From Desulfobacterales bacterium (lineage in GTDB: Bacteria > Desulfobacterota > Desulfobacteria > Desulfobacterales > UBA5852), in NCBI GenBank assembly GCA_963674755.2, contig CAXXVS010000001.1, positions 1,088,001 through 1,152,000 of the forward strand: 64,000 nucleotides of DNA, given 5' to 3'. The position numbers were made by a program, and so were the translations under genes. The number at the start of each line of letters is the position of its first letter. Positions within the stretch are counted from its first letter, which is position 1. Of this stretch, positions 46,986-57,172 are shown in pieces. The notes below the pieces were generated by a model, which was not told the origin of the DNA, made no database searches, and worked only from the letters and a program-made list of their open reading frames with translations.

Positions 46986-48671
46986 ATGCCAGAAATGACC
47001 AAATCCCAAAAAGCCCGGGTGGCGATCCGCAGCTTCAAAACCGGTGTGGACGCCATCGGGTTGCGCGGTTATTACCGCCCCAAAGATATGATCGGGCAGG
47101 TCCTGGCCGACAGCCTGCGCACCCTGAGCCCGGAGATTTACGGCTCCATGAACGATCCCCGGGTGGTGGAGCTCCAGGGGCTGGAATACGTGATCGACCG
47201 GCTGCCGCGGGGCATCGAGCGTTGCAGCCGCATCATTCTGACGGAAGAGGAGGGCTTCGAAGGGACCAATTTCGAAAAGATCGAGCCGCCCAAACGCCGC
47301 CGGACGTCCTACCTGGTGAGCGAGACCGAAATGTGCTTCGTCATCACCCGGGGCTTGAGCGAGATCTACGACATCATGACCCACCTGACCTTTCTCAACA
47401 GCGAAGCCCAGAAAATCCAGGAACGCATGCGGGATGAGTCCGGGCGCCTGACGGTGGAATGGAAGGAGCTGGAAAAGGTCGTCCAGGGACGGCTGCCCTC
47501 CGGCGGCGAACTGGACCAGGCCCTCTGGAATCTGAGCATCATTCTGGGCCGCTCCTTTCAGCAAACCCGGGCGACCTTCGAAAATTTCGAGGAAGAACGC
47601 CAGAAGAGCAACAGCAATGCCGGCCTGTTTGCCCTGATCTATCACCTCGGCCGCCGCATCGACGAAGAAAAGCAGCACCCGGAAAGCGCCCTGATCGTCT
47701 ACCTGACGCCCTCCCTGATGAACGGCATCGGCCACCACAAGTACGGCAAGCCCTGGGCCATCGCCATCAAACGCAAACTGATCGAACTGGGACTGGCCGA
47801 CCGCCCCTTGCACATCATCAGTGCCAACCTGCACAGCGTGGTCAATTTGCTCTATGGGCCGGCGGCCCTGCAAGCAGCCGGCCGGGGGGATGCGGCGGGC
47901 TCCATGGTGGACATGGTCAAACTGATCCTTGAAGAAAAAATCGATGTCTGCGCCGCCGGTGCGTGCGGTGGCCTGACCTTTATGCCGGATGAGGCCGGAA
48001 CCCACGTGGGCTGCCAGATCATCGACACCGCCCGGCTGGACCCGGCGGCGGCCCATCCGGATCTGAATCTGGCCCCGCTGCGGGAAGGCGCCGTCCGGCC
48101 CGTCATTCTCGTCATGGACTACGCCTTCGGCGTGCAGGCCTTCGAGCTGATGGAAAACCTGCTCTATCCGCACTGGGACAACGATCACCCCCACCTGTTC
48201 GATATCCGCTCCATTGCCGTGATGGGCAAGGCCGGCATTCTCTCGGGCAATAAAGGGGATATCATGCTGGCCAGCGCCCATGTGATCGAGGGCACCACCG
48301 ACAACTACACCGTGCCCAACGATCTGACGCCGGAAGATTTCGGCGCCGACATCCCCGTCTACACGGGCCCCATGCTGACGGTGCTGGGCACTTCGCTGCA
48401 GAACCGGGACGTGCTGCGCCGCATCCAGCGCGGCTGGAATGCCGTGGGGCTAGAAATGGAGGGCGGCCACTACCAGCGCGCCATCAATGCGGCGATTATC
48501 AAGGGCAACATCCCGTCCCATACCAAGACCCGCTATGTCTACTATGCCTCGGACAATCCCCTGCAAAGCGGTCAGACCCTGGCGTCCGGCCCCATGGGGC
48601 TGGAGGGGCTCGCGCCAACCTACCTGATTACCAAGGTCCTGCTGGAAAAAATTCTGGCCGCAAGCGTTTGA
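46986..48671 (+). CDS. DUF6909-like protein (C-terminal nucleoside phosphorylase-like fold)
   Basis: GLEYVIDRLPRGIE.C, MGKAG...GDI, TVLGTSLQN, GLEMEG motifs; RBS GAGGAG. Confidence 0.7.
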   Translation: MPEMTKSQKARVAIRSFKTGVDAIGLRGYYRPKDMIGQVLADSLRTLSPEIYGSMNDPRVVELQGLEYVIDRLPRGIERCSRIILTEEEGFEGTNFEKIEPPKRRRTSYLVSETEMCFVITRGLSEIYDIMTHLTFLNSEAQKIQERMRDESGRLTVEWKELEKVVQGRLPSGGELDQALWNLSIILGRSFQQTRATFENFEEERQKSNSNAGLFALIYHLGRRIDEEKQHPESALIVYLTPSLMNGIGHHKYGKPWAIAIKRKLIELGLADRPLHIISANLHSVVNLLYGPAALQAAGRGDAAGSMVDMVKLILEEKIDVCAAGACGGLTFMPDEAGTHVGCQIIDTARLDPAAAHPDLNLAPLREGAVRPVILVMDYAFGVQAFELMENLLYPHWDNDHPHLFDIRSIAVMGKAGILSGNKGDIMLASAHVIEGTTDNYTVPNDLTPEDFGADIPVYTGPMLTVLGTSLQNRDVLRRIQRGWNAVGLEMEGGHYQRAINAAIIKGNIPSHTKTRYVYYASDNPLQSGQTLASGPMGLEGLAPTYLITKVLLEKILAASV

Positions 48672-48801
48672 GGCCGGCCGCCTTCCGGCATCGCCGATCC
48701 CACTGATAAAACGGTTGTTCTTTTACCGGGGCCTTGTTAAGGGAGCCTGCCATGGAGCCACCCGGGGAAGCTCACCATTGGAGCGAGGGGAAGATCAGGC
48801 C

Positions 48802-50115
48802 GTGCTGGAATGGCAGCATGACATACCGACGCGCTATTTTGCGACCTACGAAGATCTGGAAGAAGCCTTCCGCCGGCGTGTGGGCGGGCTGGTGCCGCGT
48901 TACCATGCCGGCACGCGTGTCTTCTGGGAGGATTTTCAGCAGCTCTACGAACGCCCCCTGACCGGCGTGGAAGAACCCTACCAGGCCTATATTACCAGCA
49001 ACCCCCGGGACTGCCTGGCCTTTGGCACCCCGTCCCAGGTCCTCCAGGGGGCCTGGCTGTCGGCCGCCCGGCGCCACGCCGATCCCCTGGCGGAACCGGA
49101 CCGGGTGGCGGAGCACTTCCAGCTGACCGGCCACCTGCACCAGTCGATCCGATCGCTATCCGGCGGGGAAACCGTGCGCCTGGCCCTGGCCAAGGCCTAC
49201 CTGCTGGCCTCCTGCGCGTCGCGTCTGACGGTGGCCAGCCCTTTCAGCTGGCTGGCTCTCGATCATTGGGGGGATTTCCGGCGTTTGGCCGACTACTACC
49301 GGGCCTGCCGGACCGCGGTCGAGCTTTTGGCCCTGGAAGGCGAAGACAGCATGGCGCCGGCCGCCCCGGATCGTCATCCCGATCCGGCGTCCGTCCATTT
49401 TGCCTGGCGTTTGAAGGACCTCCGCCTGGACCTGGGATCCCTGCTGGATCATCTGCACGACCGGCCGGTGCAGGCCGCGGTGGCCGCGGTCGAAGAACCC
49501 CTGCTATCCCCCTGCCTCTTCCAGGGCGACAACGGCCAGGGCAAAAGCCTGGTCGCCAAGGCCCTTGCGGCGGCCATGCCGTATCGGGGGGAGGCCGCCG
49601 TCCTGGGACCCGACGGCCCCCTGCGCGTGCGCCTTGTTTTTCAGGATGTTCTCAATCAGACCCTGATGCGGTCCCGCAGGCAGCTGATCCCGCGGGAGAG
49701 GGCCGATGAGGCCGCCCGGGCCTATGATGATATCCTGGCCGGCATGCAGCGCCGCGGGCCGGCCTTAAACGGCGGCCTGCCCGCTTTTGCGCAGCAGGGA
49801 AAGACGACGGCCCCCTTGCGGCTGCTGGAGATCAAAATGCTTCTGGCGGCCGTGCGGCTGGCCGAGCCGCAGACCGCCCTGGTTCTGGACGAACCGGACT
49901 GGGGCCTGACCCGCGACCAGGCCATCGCTTATGTAGCGGCGGTGGTGGATGCCGCCCATGGGCGCGGCATCCCGGTGATGTTAATTTCCCACAAACCCTG
50001 GTGGCGGTCCGTGGCCCACAGCGTGCGCACCTTTCGCAAGGAGGCGTCCCCTGATAGTGAAACAGGGGTTCTCTTTCGGATCTGTATCGACGCCACTCCG
50101 GCAGGTGCGCCGTGA
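48802..50115 (+). CDS. divergent ABC ATPase (ECF A component-like)
   Basis: LSGGE in N-half, GDNGQGKS and LVLDEP/ISH in C-half; start uncertain. Confidence 0.65.
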   Translation: MLEWQHDIPTRYFATYEDLEEAFRRRVGGLVPRYHAGTRVFWEDFQQLYERPLTGVEEPYQAYITSNPRDCLAFGTPSQVLQGAWLSAARRHADPLAEPDRVAEHFQLTGHLHQSIRSLSGGETVRLALAKAYLLASCASRLTVASPFSWLALDHWGDFRRLADYYRACRTAVELLALEGEDSMAPAAPDRHPDPASVHFAWRLKDLRLDLGSLLDHLHDRPVQAAVAAVEEPLLSPCLFQGDNGQGKSLVAKALAAAMPYRGEAAVLGPDGPLRVRLVFQDVLNQTLMRSRRQLIPRERADEAARAYDDILAGMQRRGPALNGGLPAFAQQGKTTAPLRLLEIKMLLAAVRLAEPQTALVLDEPDWGLTRDQAIAYVAAVVDAAHGRGIPVMLISHKPWWRSVAHSVRTFRKEASPDSETGVLFRICIDATPAGAP

Positions 50116-50828
50116 AAGTTATTCTGCGATTGATCGGTCTGGCGGTTCTGGCCGTGCCGGTTTTTGCCGGTCTCGCCCTCGTGCCGGAAGGACAGGCGGC
50201 GCTGCCCGGCGTGGCCTGGGGGCCGGTGGTGAATACGGCGCTGGTCATGGCAGGTGTGGCCGGTTTGTGCGGGCGGGCTTTCCTGGCCAACGCCCTGGCG
50301 GTCACGACCCTCATTCTGGTGCCCATTGCCTTCGGGGGCGGCCTGGTCGCCTGGCTGCTGGAGATTATGGGCGGGGTGTCCCCGGCTGCCGCCGGAGCCT
50401 TGCACGGTGCCCATTACATCCGTCTGACCCTGAACATGCTGGGCGTGATTCCCCTGGCGCTGGCCCTGGTGGCGTCCATCCCTTTCGACCGCCTGGAGCA
50501 GGGGCTGCTGCGCCGGGAGCGGGGCATAGCGACCGGCGAGAAATATCTTCTCATGTTTATCCGCGTATTCCATCATATCGTCTATTTTGTTATACCCAAT
50601 ATTCTGGAAGTCATGCGGGAGGAGGCCCTCCTGCGCCGCTTTTCCGAAACCGCGCCGGGTTTGACGGGCCGTCGCCGCGGGCGGGTGTGGGTCCGCCGCC
50701 TGATGGCCGGCCTTGTGCAGGTAGGCGTCAGCGGCATCTGCGCGGCGCTGCGCTTTATCCCGCTCTGGGCCAGGGAGATCGATGACCTGCCCGGCCGAAC
50801 CGCTCAACAGCACAGGAGCCAATTGTGA
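50112..50828 (+). CDS. membrane protein, ECF T component-like
   Basis: Multi-TM; RFIP near C-terminus; GTGA overlaps on both sides; lies between ATPase and S component. Confidence 0.55.
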   Translation: MKVILRLIGLAVLAVPVFAGLALVPEGQAALPGVAWGPVVNTALVMAGVAGLCGRAFLANALAVTTLILVPIAFGGGLVAWLLEIMGGVSPAAAGALHGAHYIRLTLNMLGVIPLALALVASIPFDRLEQGLLRRERGIATGEKYLLMFIRVFHHIVYFVIPNILEVMREEALLRRFSETAPGLTGRRRGRVWVRRLMAGLVQVGVSGICAALRFIPLWAREIDDLPGRTAQQHRSQL

Positions 50829-51364
50829 CGGCCAACACGCAGATGAAACAGCTCGTATTGGTGGGGATTACCGCGGCGTTTGCGACCCTTGCCTTTTTGG
50901 GGACGACGGTGATCCGGATTCCCCTGCCGGCCTCCGGCGGTTATTTCAACCTGGGGGACACCTTCGTCATGGCGGCGGCCCTGCTTTACGGCCCCCTGGT
51001 GGGCGGGCTGGTGGGGGCCATCGGCCCGGCCATGGCGGACGCCCTGGGGTTTCCCCAGTTCATCCTGGCGACAGCCGTGGTCAAGGGGATCGAGGGCGCC
51101 CTGATCGGCCTGCTGGCCGGCAAGCGGCCCCGTCCGCGGCGCGTCGTGATCGCCCTGGTGGCCGGCGTGGTTGTTCTGGTGGGCGGCTACTATTTCTTCG
51201 AGGCCTCCCTTTATCCTCTCCTGGCCCGCCGGATTCCCTTCTTCGGCGTGACCGACCCCGCCGCAGCCCTGGCGGAAATCGTACCGAACCTGCTGCAGGG
51301 CGGCATCAGTGCCGTCATTGCCTTTGGCATCTGGCGCATTCTGGCCCGCCGCAACGACAGATAA
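50825..51364 (+). CDS. ECF transporter S component
   Basis: IRIP.PASGGYFNLGD, GP..G...GAIG.A.AD, VKG.EG, PNLLQ. Confidence 0.88.
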   Translation: MTANTQMKQLVLVGITAAFATLAFLGTTVIRIPLPASGGYFNLGDTFVMAAALLYGPLVGGLVGAIGPAMADALGFPQFILATAVVKGIEGALIGLLAGKRPRPRRVVIALVAGVVVLVGGYYFFEASLYPLLARRIPFFGVTDPAAALAEIVPNLLQGGISAVIAFGIWRILARRNDR

Positions 51365-51426
51365 ATGGCCGGAGGCCGGGGTGCGCCCGGGCGTATGATG
51401 TGGTGATGAGCATGGTTAAGTTCAGA

Positions 51427-51695
51427 TCTAAGCCCTCCACCCCTGGTGAGGGACCTGGAAAGGTTTTGCCGATCCGGGGTGTTTTTTAAAGATGGTCTCT
51501 TCCTTATTCTTTCCCGTGAAAGAAAAGGAAGCCAAAAGAAACCGCCCGTGTCCCGCTCAACCCTGCGCGTCGTCGTGACGGACGGAGCACGCGGAAACTC
51601 GCTTCGCTCAAGCAGTCCGCGCGCTTTTATCCGTCCGCCCCGCCGATGCTCGGCGCGGGACAAAGGGAAGCATGAAACCCCCCCAAAAAATCCGC
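51427..51695 (+). repeat. intergenic repeat family B, copy 2
   Basis: Homologous to 46408-46705 but lacks the 30-nt insert. Confidence 0.88.
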
Positions 51696-51745
51696 TTTAA
51701 AGTTCCCTTCGAGGGGCTGGGGCCTTCCGCCATGCGGGAGGAGGC

Positions 51746-52381
51746 TCATTTCTGGGGCCTGGCCAGTGCTTTGGCCAGGGCCGTGCGGTGGACGTGGCCG
51801 GCGAAGTGCACCGGGCTGTGGCCGTAGAGGGGGTCCCAGCCGGCCGGGTCGGCCGAACAGAAGAACTGGACTTCCAGCCCCATGCGGGTGGGGGCGTTGT
51901 CAAGCGGATGGCCGATCATCTTCGCGGCGGCCGCCCAGGTGGCGCCGCAGGGGGCCCCGCGCAATACCCGCACGGCCGCCAGGCGGCCGTCGACGACCTC
52001 GACCTCCAGGGACGGGGCGCCGAAAAGGCGGCCGTAGGCGCCCAAGCCCTCCTGGGGGGCCAGGCCGCAGCAGGTGGGCGGGGAGATGGCGTAGCGGATC
52101 TTGCGCCCCGGGGCGATCATGGGAATGGATGCCCGTGCACACAGCGCGGCCAGGTCTTCGGAAAGGTCCGGATGCCGGAGATAGTCCAGGACCAGGTCGG
52201 CCGTGAGCGCTTCCGGCAGGAGCCCCCGGGTGTCGTCTAGGACGGGGGGCAGGGGCCGGTCGATGGCGAAGCATTCCAGGCGGAAACGCTTGCCCCCGTA
52301 ACGGCGGATGCCGGCGATTTTGGCTTCGCCGCTGTTCATCTGCTGGAAGACGGCGATGTGCTGCGGGGCACAGACGGCCAT
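51746..52381 (-). CDS. DUF166 family protein
   Basis: HPDL, P.TCC.L, FGAP.LEV, VLRGAPCGATW, C.A motifs; RBS GAGGA. Confidence 0.7.
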   Translation of the reverse strand: MAVCAPQHIAVFQQMNSGEAKIAGIRRYGGKRFRLECFAIDRPLPPVLDDTRGLLPEALTADLVLDYLRHPDLSEDLAALCARASIPMIAPGRKIRYAISPPTCCGLAPQEGLGAYGRLFGAPSLEVEVVDGRLAAVRVLRGAPCGATWAAAAKMIGHPLDNAPTRMGLEVQFFCSADPAGWDPLYGHSPVHFAGHVHRTALAKALARPQK

Positions 52382-52391
52382 GGCGGCTTCC

Positions 52392-54263
52392 TCAGGAGGC
52401 ATGGAGTTTGTCGTCCAGCTCTTTTAACTGCTTGTCAAAGGGACGGGTTTTGAGCGCCAGCTGATCGGTCAGCTCCTCCAGGTAACCGAACTGGGTTTCG
52501 ATTTCCTGCTCGCAGGCGTGGATCGCCTTGCCCAATTCGGCGATACGGGCTCCGTCGCCCACGGCGGTGGCTTCCTGCATGGCGGCGTGCAATCCCTGCA
52601 AGCGTTGATCCCCTTCTTCGATCACCGCCTCGGCCCGGGCGATTTTCTTTTCCAGCGGTTTCACCACGCGGTTGCGCTGCACGATGATTTCGGAGCGCTC
52701 CCGGCGGGCGTCCTTCTTGGAGAGGCGCGCCGTCCCGCCACTGTTGCCGGGCGTGCGTTCGGGACGGCTGATGTCGGACTCATCATGCCAGCCCAGGCGA
52801 TTGAGGAAGCGCTGGTAGCCGCCTTCGAAAAGCGCGGCCTGACGGTTCTGGAAGACAATCAGGCGGCGAGCCACCGCGTGCAGAAACATTTCGTTGTGGG
52901 TCACGATGATGACGGCCCCGTCGAAGGCGTCGATGGCGGCCAGCAGAGCGTCGCAGGATTCCATGTCGAGATGGTTGGACGGTTCGTCCAGCAGCAGCAG
53001 ATTGACCTTGCAGGCCAGGAGCTGCCCCAGCAGGACGCGGCTTTTCTCGCCGCCCGAGAGCACCTTGACCGGTTTGAGGGCGTCGTCGCCCGAAAACATC
53101 ATGGCCCCGCAGATATTGCGGGCTGTTTGGCGGTCCAGATCCTCCCCGGCCCCCAGGATCTCCTCCTCCACCGTGCGTTCGCTCACCAAGCGATTGATGT
53201 GGGTCTGGTCGAAAAACCCCATGCGCACGTTGGGATTGATCTGAATGGCGCCCCGGGCGGCCTTGAGCTCGCCGGCCAGGACCTTGAGGAGGGTGGTCTT
53301 GCCCTGGCCGTTGCGGCCCACCACCCCGATACGGTCGTGCTGATTCACGGCAAAGCTCAGGTTGGCAAACAGCGGGACCTGGTCGTCGTAGCCGAAGGCC
53401 AGGTCTTCGACGGTCATCAGATGCCGGCCTTTGAAAGGCGCTTCGCGGAAACTGAATTCAAGATTCTGGAGGGTGGCCAGCTTGTCTTTTTTCTCCATCT
53501 TGTTCAGGGTTTTGATCCGCGACTGCACCAGATTGGCGAGGCGGGCCTTGGCCCGGAAGCGGGTGATGAACAGCTCGATCTCTTTGCGCTTGCGTTCATC
53601 GTTCATCCGCGTTTTTTCGTAAATTTCTTCATCCTGGGCGATCTGGTCGTAGTATTTCCCGGTATCGCCTTCGATCTTGCGGGCCTTGCCGCGATGGAGC
53701 CCCACGGTGTGGGTGACCGTCTGGTCCATGAAAGACCGGTCGTGGGTGATCAGCAGCAGCTCCCGGGGCCACGACCGCAAAAAGGAGACCACCCAGCGAA
53801 TGGCGGCGATGTCGAGGTAGTTGGTGGGTTCGTCCAGCAGCAGCAGGTCGGGTTCCGAGATCAGGACCTTGGCCAGATTGAGCCGGACCTGGTATCCGCC
53901 GGAGAAAATGGCAGGCGGCTGCTGGAGATCCCGCATGCCGAACCCCAGACCGGCCAGGATGCGTTCAGCCTTCCAGTGCTGGTCGGCCTCGTTGGGCGGC
54001 AGGCTGGCAACGCCTTCCTCGAGCACCGTGGGGTGGGCGAAGCGCAGATGCTGGCGCACGTGTCCGATCCGGTAGTTGCGGGGGATGGTGATGGTGCCGC
54101 TGTCGATATCCTCTTCGCCCACCAGGATGCGCAGCAGGGTGGTCTTGCCATTGCCGTTGCGGCCCACCAGGCCGATTTTTTCCCGCGGGTTCAGGGTGAA
54201 GCTGACCCCGTCGAAAAGGACCCGGCCGCCGAAGCTTTTATGGATATTTTCAATACTGATCAT
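52392..54263 (-). CDS. ABC-F family ATP-binding protein
   Basis: Two NBDs (GRNGNGKTT/FSGG/LDEPTN and GRNGQGKTT/LSGGE/LDEPSN), no TM, C-terminal coiled coil. Confidence 0.93.
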   Translation of the reverse strand: MISIENIHKSFGGRVLFDGVSFTLNPREKIGLVGRNGNGKTTLLRILVGEEDIDSGTITIPRNYRIGHVRQHLRFAHPTVLEEGVASLPPNEADQHWKAERILAGLGFGMRDLQQPPAIFSGGYQVRLNLAKVLISEPDLLLLDEPTNYLDIAAIRWVVSFLRSWPRELLLITHDRSFMDQTVTHTVGLHRGKARKIEGDTGKYYDQIAQDEEIYEKTRMNDERKRKEIELFITRFRAKARLANLVQSRIKTLNKMEKKDKLATLQNLEFSFREAPFKGRHLMTVEDLAFGYDDQVPLFANLSFAVNQHDRIGVVGRNGQGKTTLLKVLAGELKAARGAIQINPNVRMGFFDQTHINRLVSERTVEEEILGAGEDLDRQTARNICGAMMFSGDDALKPVKVLSGGEKSRVLLGQLLACKVNLLLLDEPSNHLDMESCDALLAAIDAFDGAVIIVTHNEMFLHAVARRLIVFQNRQAALFEGGYQRFLNRLGWHDESDISRPERTPGNSGGTARLSKKDARRERSEIIVQRNRVVKPLEKKIARAEAVIEEGDQRLQGLHAAMQEATAVGDGARIAELGKAIHACEQEIETQFGYLEELTDQLALKTRPFDKQLKELDDKLHAS

Positions 54264-54566
54264 AGGGCATCGCTTGTCGCCGTAACGCTATTTGGGGGTG
54301 GCCAAGGCTTGCGCGGGCTCCCCGCGGGCTCCCCGGGACGCCCCGCCTGCGGATATTATATTTGACTTTCAAATTCAAGCTTTATATCCTGCGGCCGTTT
54401 TTTAACCGGTCTGAGAACAACACCCCTGCATGGCCATTCCCCTTGAAGTCAGCCGTCAAGCATCCGGCCGGGTGACGTATCCGACAATCGACCCGGGGGT
54501 GCTGTCGCTTCGCATCCGAGTGGGGGCCGGTGTCGGCAACGACGATGATATTCCGAAACGGGTAAG

Positions 54567-55367
54567 ATGACGACCTTGACCCTTATACAGACGCCCCTGG
54601 CCTGGCTCGGGCAGATCGCCCTTGCGCGGTTGCGCCTGCTGGGCCGCTATGCCCTGTTTTTCCTGCGAAGTTTTGTCCTGATTTTCAGCTGGCCCCTGCC
54701 GGTGGCCAAAATCCTGCAGCAGACCTATTTCATCGGCATGAAATCCGTATCCATCATTTGCCTGACGGCGGTTTTCATCGGTATGGTGCTGGGGCTGCAT
54801 GGCTACTATACACTGGTCAAATTCGGCTCCGAGGGGGTCCTGGGCGCTGCGGTGGCCCTGACCCTGATTCGGGAACTGGGGCCTGTCCTGACCGCCATCA
54901 TGCTCATCGGCCGGGCCGGATCCGCCATGGCGGCGGAACTCGGGATCATGCGTATTTCAGAACAGATCGACGCCCTGGAAACCATGGACATCAACCCCAT
55001 CCGGTTCCTGGTGAGTCCCAAACTGGCGGCGACCCTGATCAGCCTGCCGCTGCTGACCGCCATGGCTGACGTGGTGGGCATTATCGGCGGTTATCTGACC
55101 GGGGTCCTCCTGCTGGGCATCAGTCCGGGCATCTATTTCGCCCGGGTCGAGTCGAGCGTTGCGATGGCGGACGTCATGGGGGGCTTTGCCAAGTCGCTGG
55201 TATTTGCCGTCGTGATCATCACGGTCTGCTGCTTCAAGGGCTATTATACCCATGAAGGGGACGAGCACGGCGCCAAGGGAGTCAGCATTTCCACCACCTC
55301 GGCGGTGGTTGTGGCGAGCGTTCTGGTACTGATTACGAATTATATTCTAACATCGCTATTGCTATAA
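54567..55367 (+). CDS. mlaE: MlaE lipid ABC permease
   Basis: RELGPVLTA, GSAMAAELG.MRISEQIDAL, GAKGV..STT.AVV. Confidence 0.93.
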   Translation: MTTLTLIQTPLAWLGQIALARLRLLGRYALFFLRSFVLIFSWPLPVAKILQQTYFIGMKSVSIICLTAVFIGMVLGLHGYYTLVKFGSEGVLGAAVALTLIRELGPVLTAIMLIGRAGSAMAAELGIMRISEQIDALETMDINPIRFLVSPKLAATLISLPLLTAMADVVGIIGGYLTGVLLLGISPGIYFARVESSVAMADVMGGFAKSLVFAVVIITVCCFKGYYTHEGDEHGAKGVSISTTSAVVVASVLVLITNYILTSLLL

Positions 55368-55370
55368 GAT

Positions 55371-56579
55371 ATGACGACTCCCCTCATCCAATTCAAGGAC
55401 GTCTCCAAAGCCTTTAACGGGAATCGTGTGCTGCAGGGCATCGACCTGGATATCTACCAGGGGCAGATCACCACCATTATCGGCAAGAGCGGCGGCGGCA
55501 AGAGCGTCCTGCTCAAACACATCATCGGTCTGCTGGAACCCGATGCGGGCTGTATTATCATCGACGGCCACGACCTGACCCGGCTGCGCGGGCGGCCGCG
55601 CCGGTTGCTGCTGCGGCGCTTCAGCTATATGTTCCAGGACTCGGCACTTTTCGATTCGATGACCGTCTTCGAAAACATCGCCCTGCCCATCGAGGAGCGG
55701 GGCGGGTTGAAAGCAAATGAAATCAAAGCCCGCGTGCAGGCCCGCATGCGCGATCTCGACCTGGGAGCCATCGATGAGGACTACCCCTCGCAGCTCTCGG
55801 GCGGCATGAAGAAGCGGGTGGCCCTGGCCCGCGCCCTGGTCACCGATCCGGAGGTGGTCCTATTCGATGAACCGACCACCGGTCTGGACCCGATACGGAA
55901 AAACAATGTGCACAACATGATTGCCGAATACCAGCAAAAGCTTGGCTTTACGGCGGTGTTGATCAGCCACGAGATCCCGGACGTGTTCTATTTCTCCCAG
56001 CGGGTCGCCATGCTGCACGAAGGACGCATCATTTATGCGGGAACCCCCCACGAGTTGCAGCAGCTGAACGATCCGGTGGTCAACGAATTCGTCCAGGGGT
56101 TTGAGCGGCCCAGCGGCACCGCGGCCGAGATCGTTCCGGACGAGTCCTGGGAGGCGCAGTTCAACGAAGAAATGGCCCGCATGCAGCGGCACCGTGTGCC
56201 CTTTGCCTTGGTGGTCCTGACGATTGAAAACCTGGAAGACGTCCTGGCGACCGGCTCAGGGGAGCCCCAGGGCCTGACCCGGCGTTTTACCGATCAAGTG
56301 CGGCGCCAATTACGGCTGACGGATACCTGCACTCTGATCGGTCCCAATTCGATCCTGCTGCTGCTGCCCTTTACCAATTTGTCCCAGGCCAAAATGGTTT
56401 GCGGAAAATTGCGAAGAGCCTTGAACGGTAATGAAATCAGTGATATACAATCTCACGAGGGGCCTTGCCTGGCCGTCAGTGCCGGCCTTGCGGAAGTGGC
56501 CGGCAACGGGCATCCGGAGCGTACCCTGGCCCATGCCCTGGCGCATAAGGAGATTTTCTATCAATTCAGTGTCTGTTAG
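55371..56579 (+). CDS. mlaF: MlaF ATPase fused to C-terminal degenerate GGDEF-like domain
   Basis: GKSGGGKS, LSGGMKKR, FDEPTTGLDP; about 150-aa C-terminal extension with RLTD-x5-GPNSI. Confidence 0.85.
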   Translation: MTTPLIQFKDVSKAFNGNRVLQGIDLDIYQGQITTIIGKSGGGKSVLLKHIIGLLEPDAGCIIIDGHDLTRLRGRPRRLLLRRFSYMFQDSALFDSMTVFENIALPIEERGGLKANEIKARVQARMRDLDLGAIDEDYPSQLSGGMKKRVALARALVTDPEVVLFDEPTTGLDPIRKNNVHNMIAEYQQKLGFTAVLISHEIPDVFYFSQRVAMLHEGRIIYAGTPHELQQLNDPVVNEFVQGFERPSGTAAEIVPDESWEAQFNEEMARMQRHRVPFALVVLTIENLEDVLATGSGEPQGLTRRFTDQVRRQLRLTDTCTLIGPNSILLLLPFTNLSQAKMVCGKLRRALNGNEISDIQSHEGPCLAVSAGLAEVAGNGHPERTLAHALAHKEIFYQFSVC

Positions 56580-56594
56580 ATGTGGAGCAACCCC

Positions 56595-57041
56595 ATGAAA
56601 AAAGCCTCTATTGAAACGGCGGTTGGCCTTTTCGTCTTTATCGGCATTTTGTGTGTCGGTTATCTGACCGTGAAACTGGGGAAAATGGAGCTTCTGGGCA
56701 AACATTACTATTCCCTGCAGGCCCAGTTCGAATCCGTGACCGGTCTGAAAGTCGGTGCGAACGTGGAAATGGCCGGTGTGCCAATCGGCAAGGTGGAAGC
56801 CATCGCCCTCGATCCCAAACGGCAGACCGCTAAAGTGCGGCTGAAAATCCAGGACGATGTCGTGGTGACCGACGACGCCATCGCCTCCGTCAAGACCGCT
56901 GGTCTGATCGGTGACAAATACATCAAGCTGAGCCCCGGCGGCTCCGATGTCGTTCTCAAGTCCGGCGATATGCTCGTTGAAACGGAGTCCTCACTGGACA
57001 TCGAGGATTTAATCAGCAAATATGTCTTTGGGGGCGTCTGA
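56595..57041 (+). CDS. mlaD: MlaD (MCE domain)
   Basis: GLKVGANV.MAGV.IGKV, T.GLIGDKYI.LSPGG. Confidence 0.93.
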   Translation: MKKASIETAVGLFVFIGILCVGYLTVKLGKMELLGKHYYSLQAQFESVTGLKVGANVEMAGVPIGKVEAIALDPKRQTAKVRLKIQDDVVVTDDAIASVKTAGLIGDKYIKLSPGGSDVVLKSGDMLVETESSLDIEDLISKYVFGGV

Positions 57042-57172
57042 GAGCCGTCTTTCCCAGAAGGATAGCGGACGGCCGCCCGACCGACCGGCCGGACAGAGGA
57101 GACCGATGGGCCTTGCCCGGCCGGCGGCTTGGATCGAATCATTTGCAAAGCAATGCAAGGGAGACGTTGATA

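Noticed and set aside
52518..54365. 615-aa plus-strand ORF
   Set aside because: Antisense shadow of the ABC-F gene.
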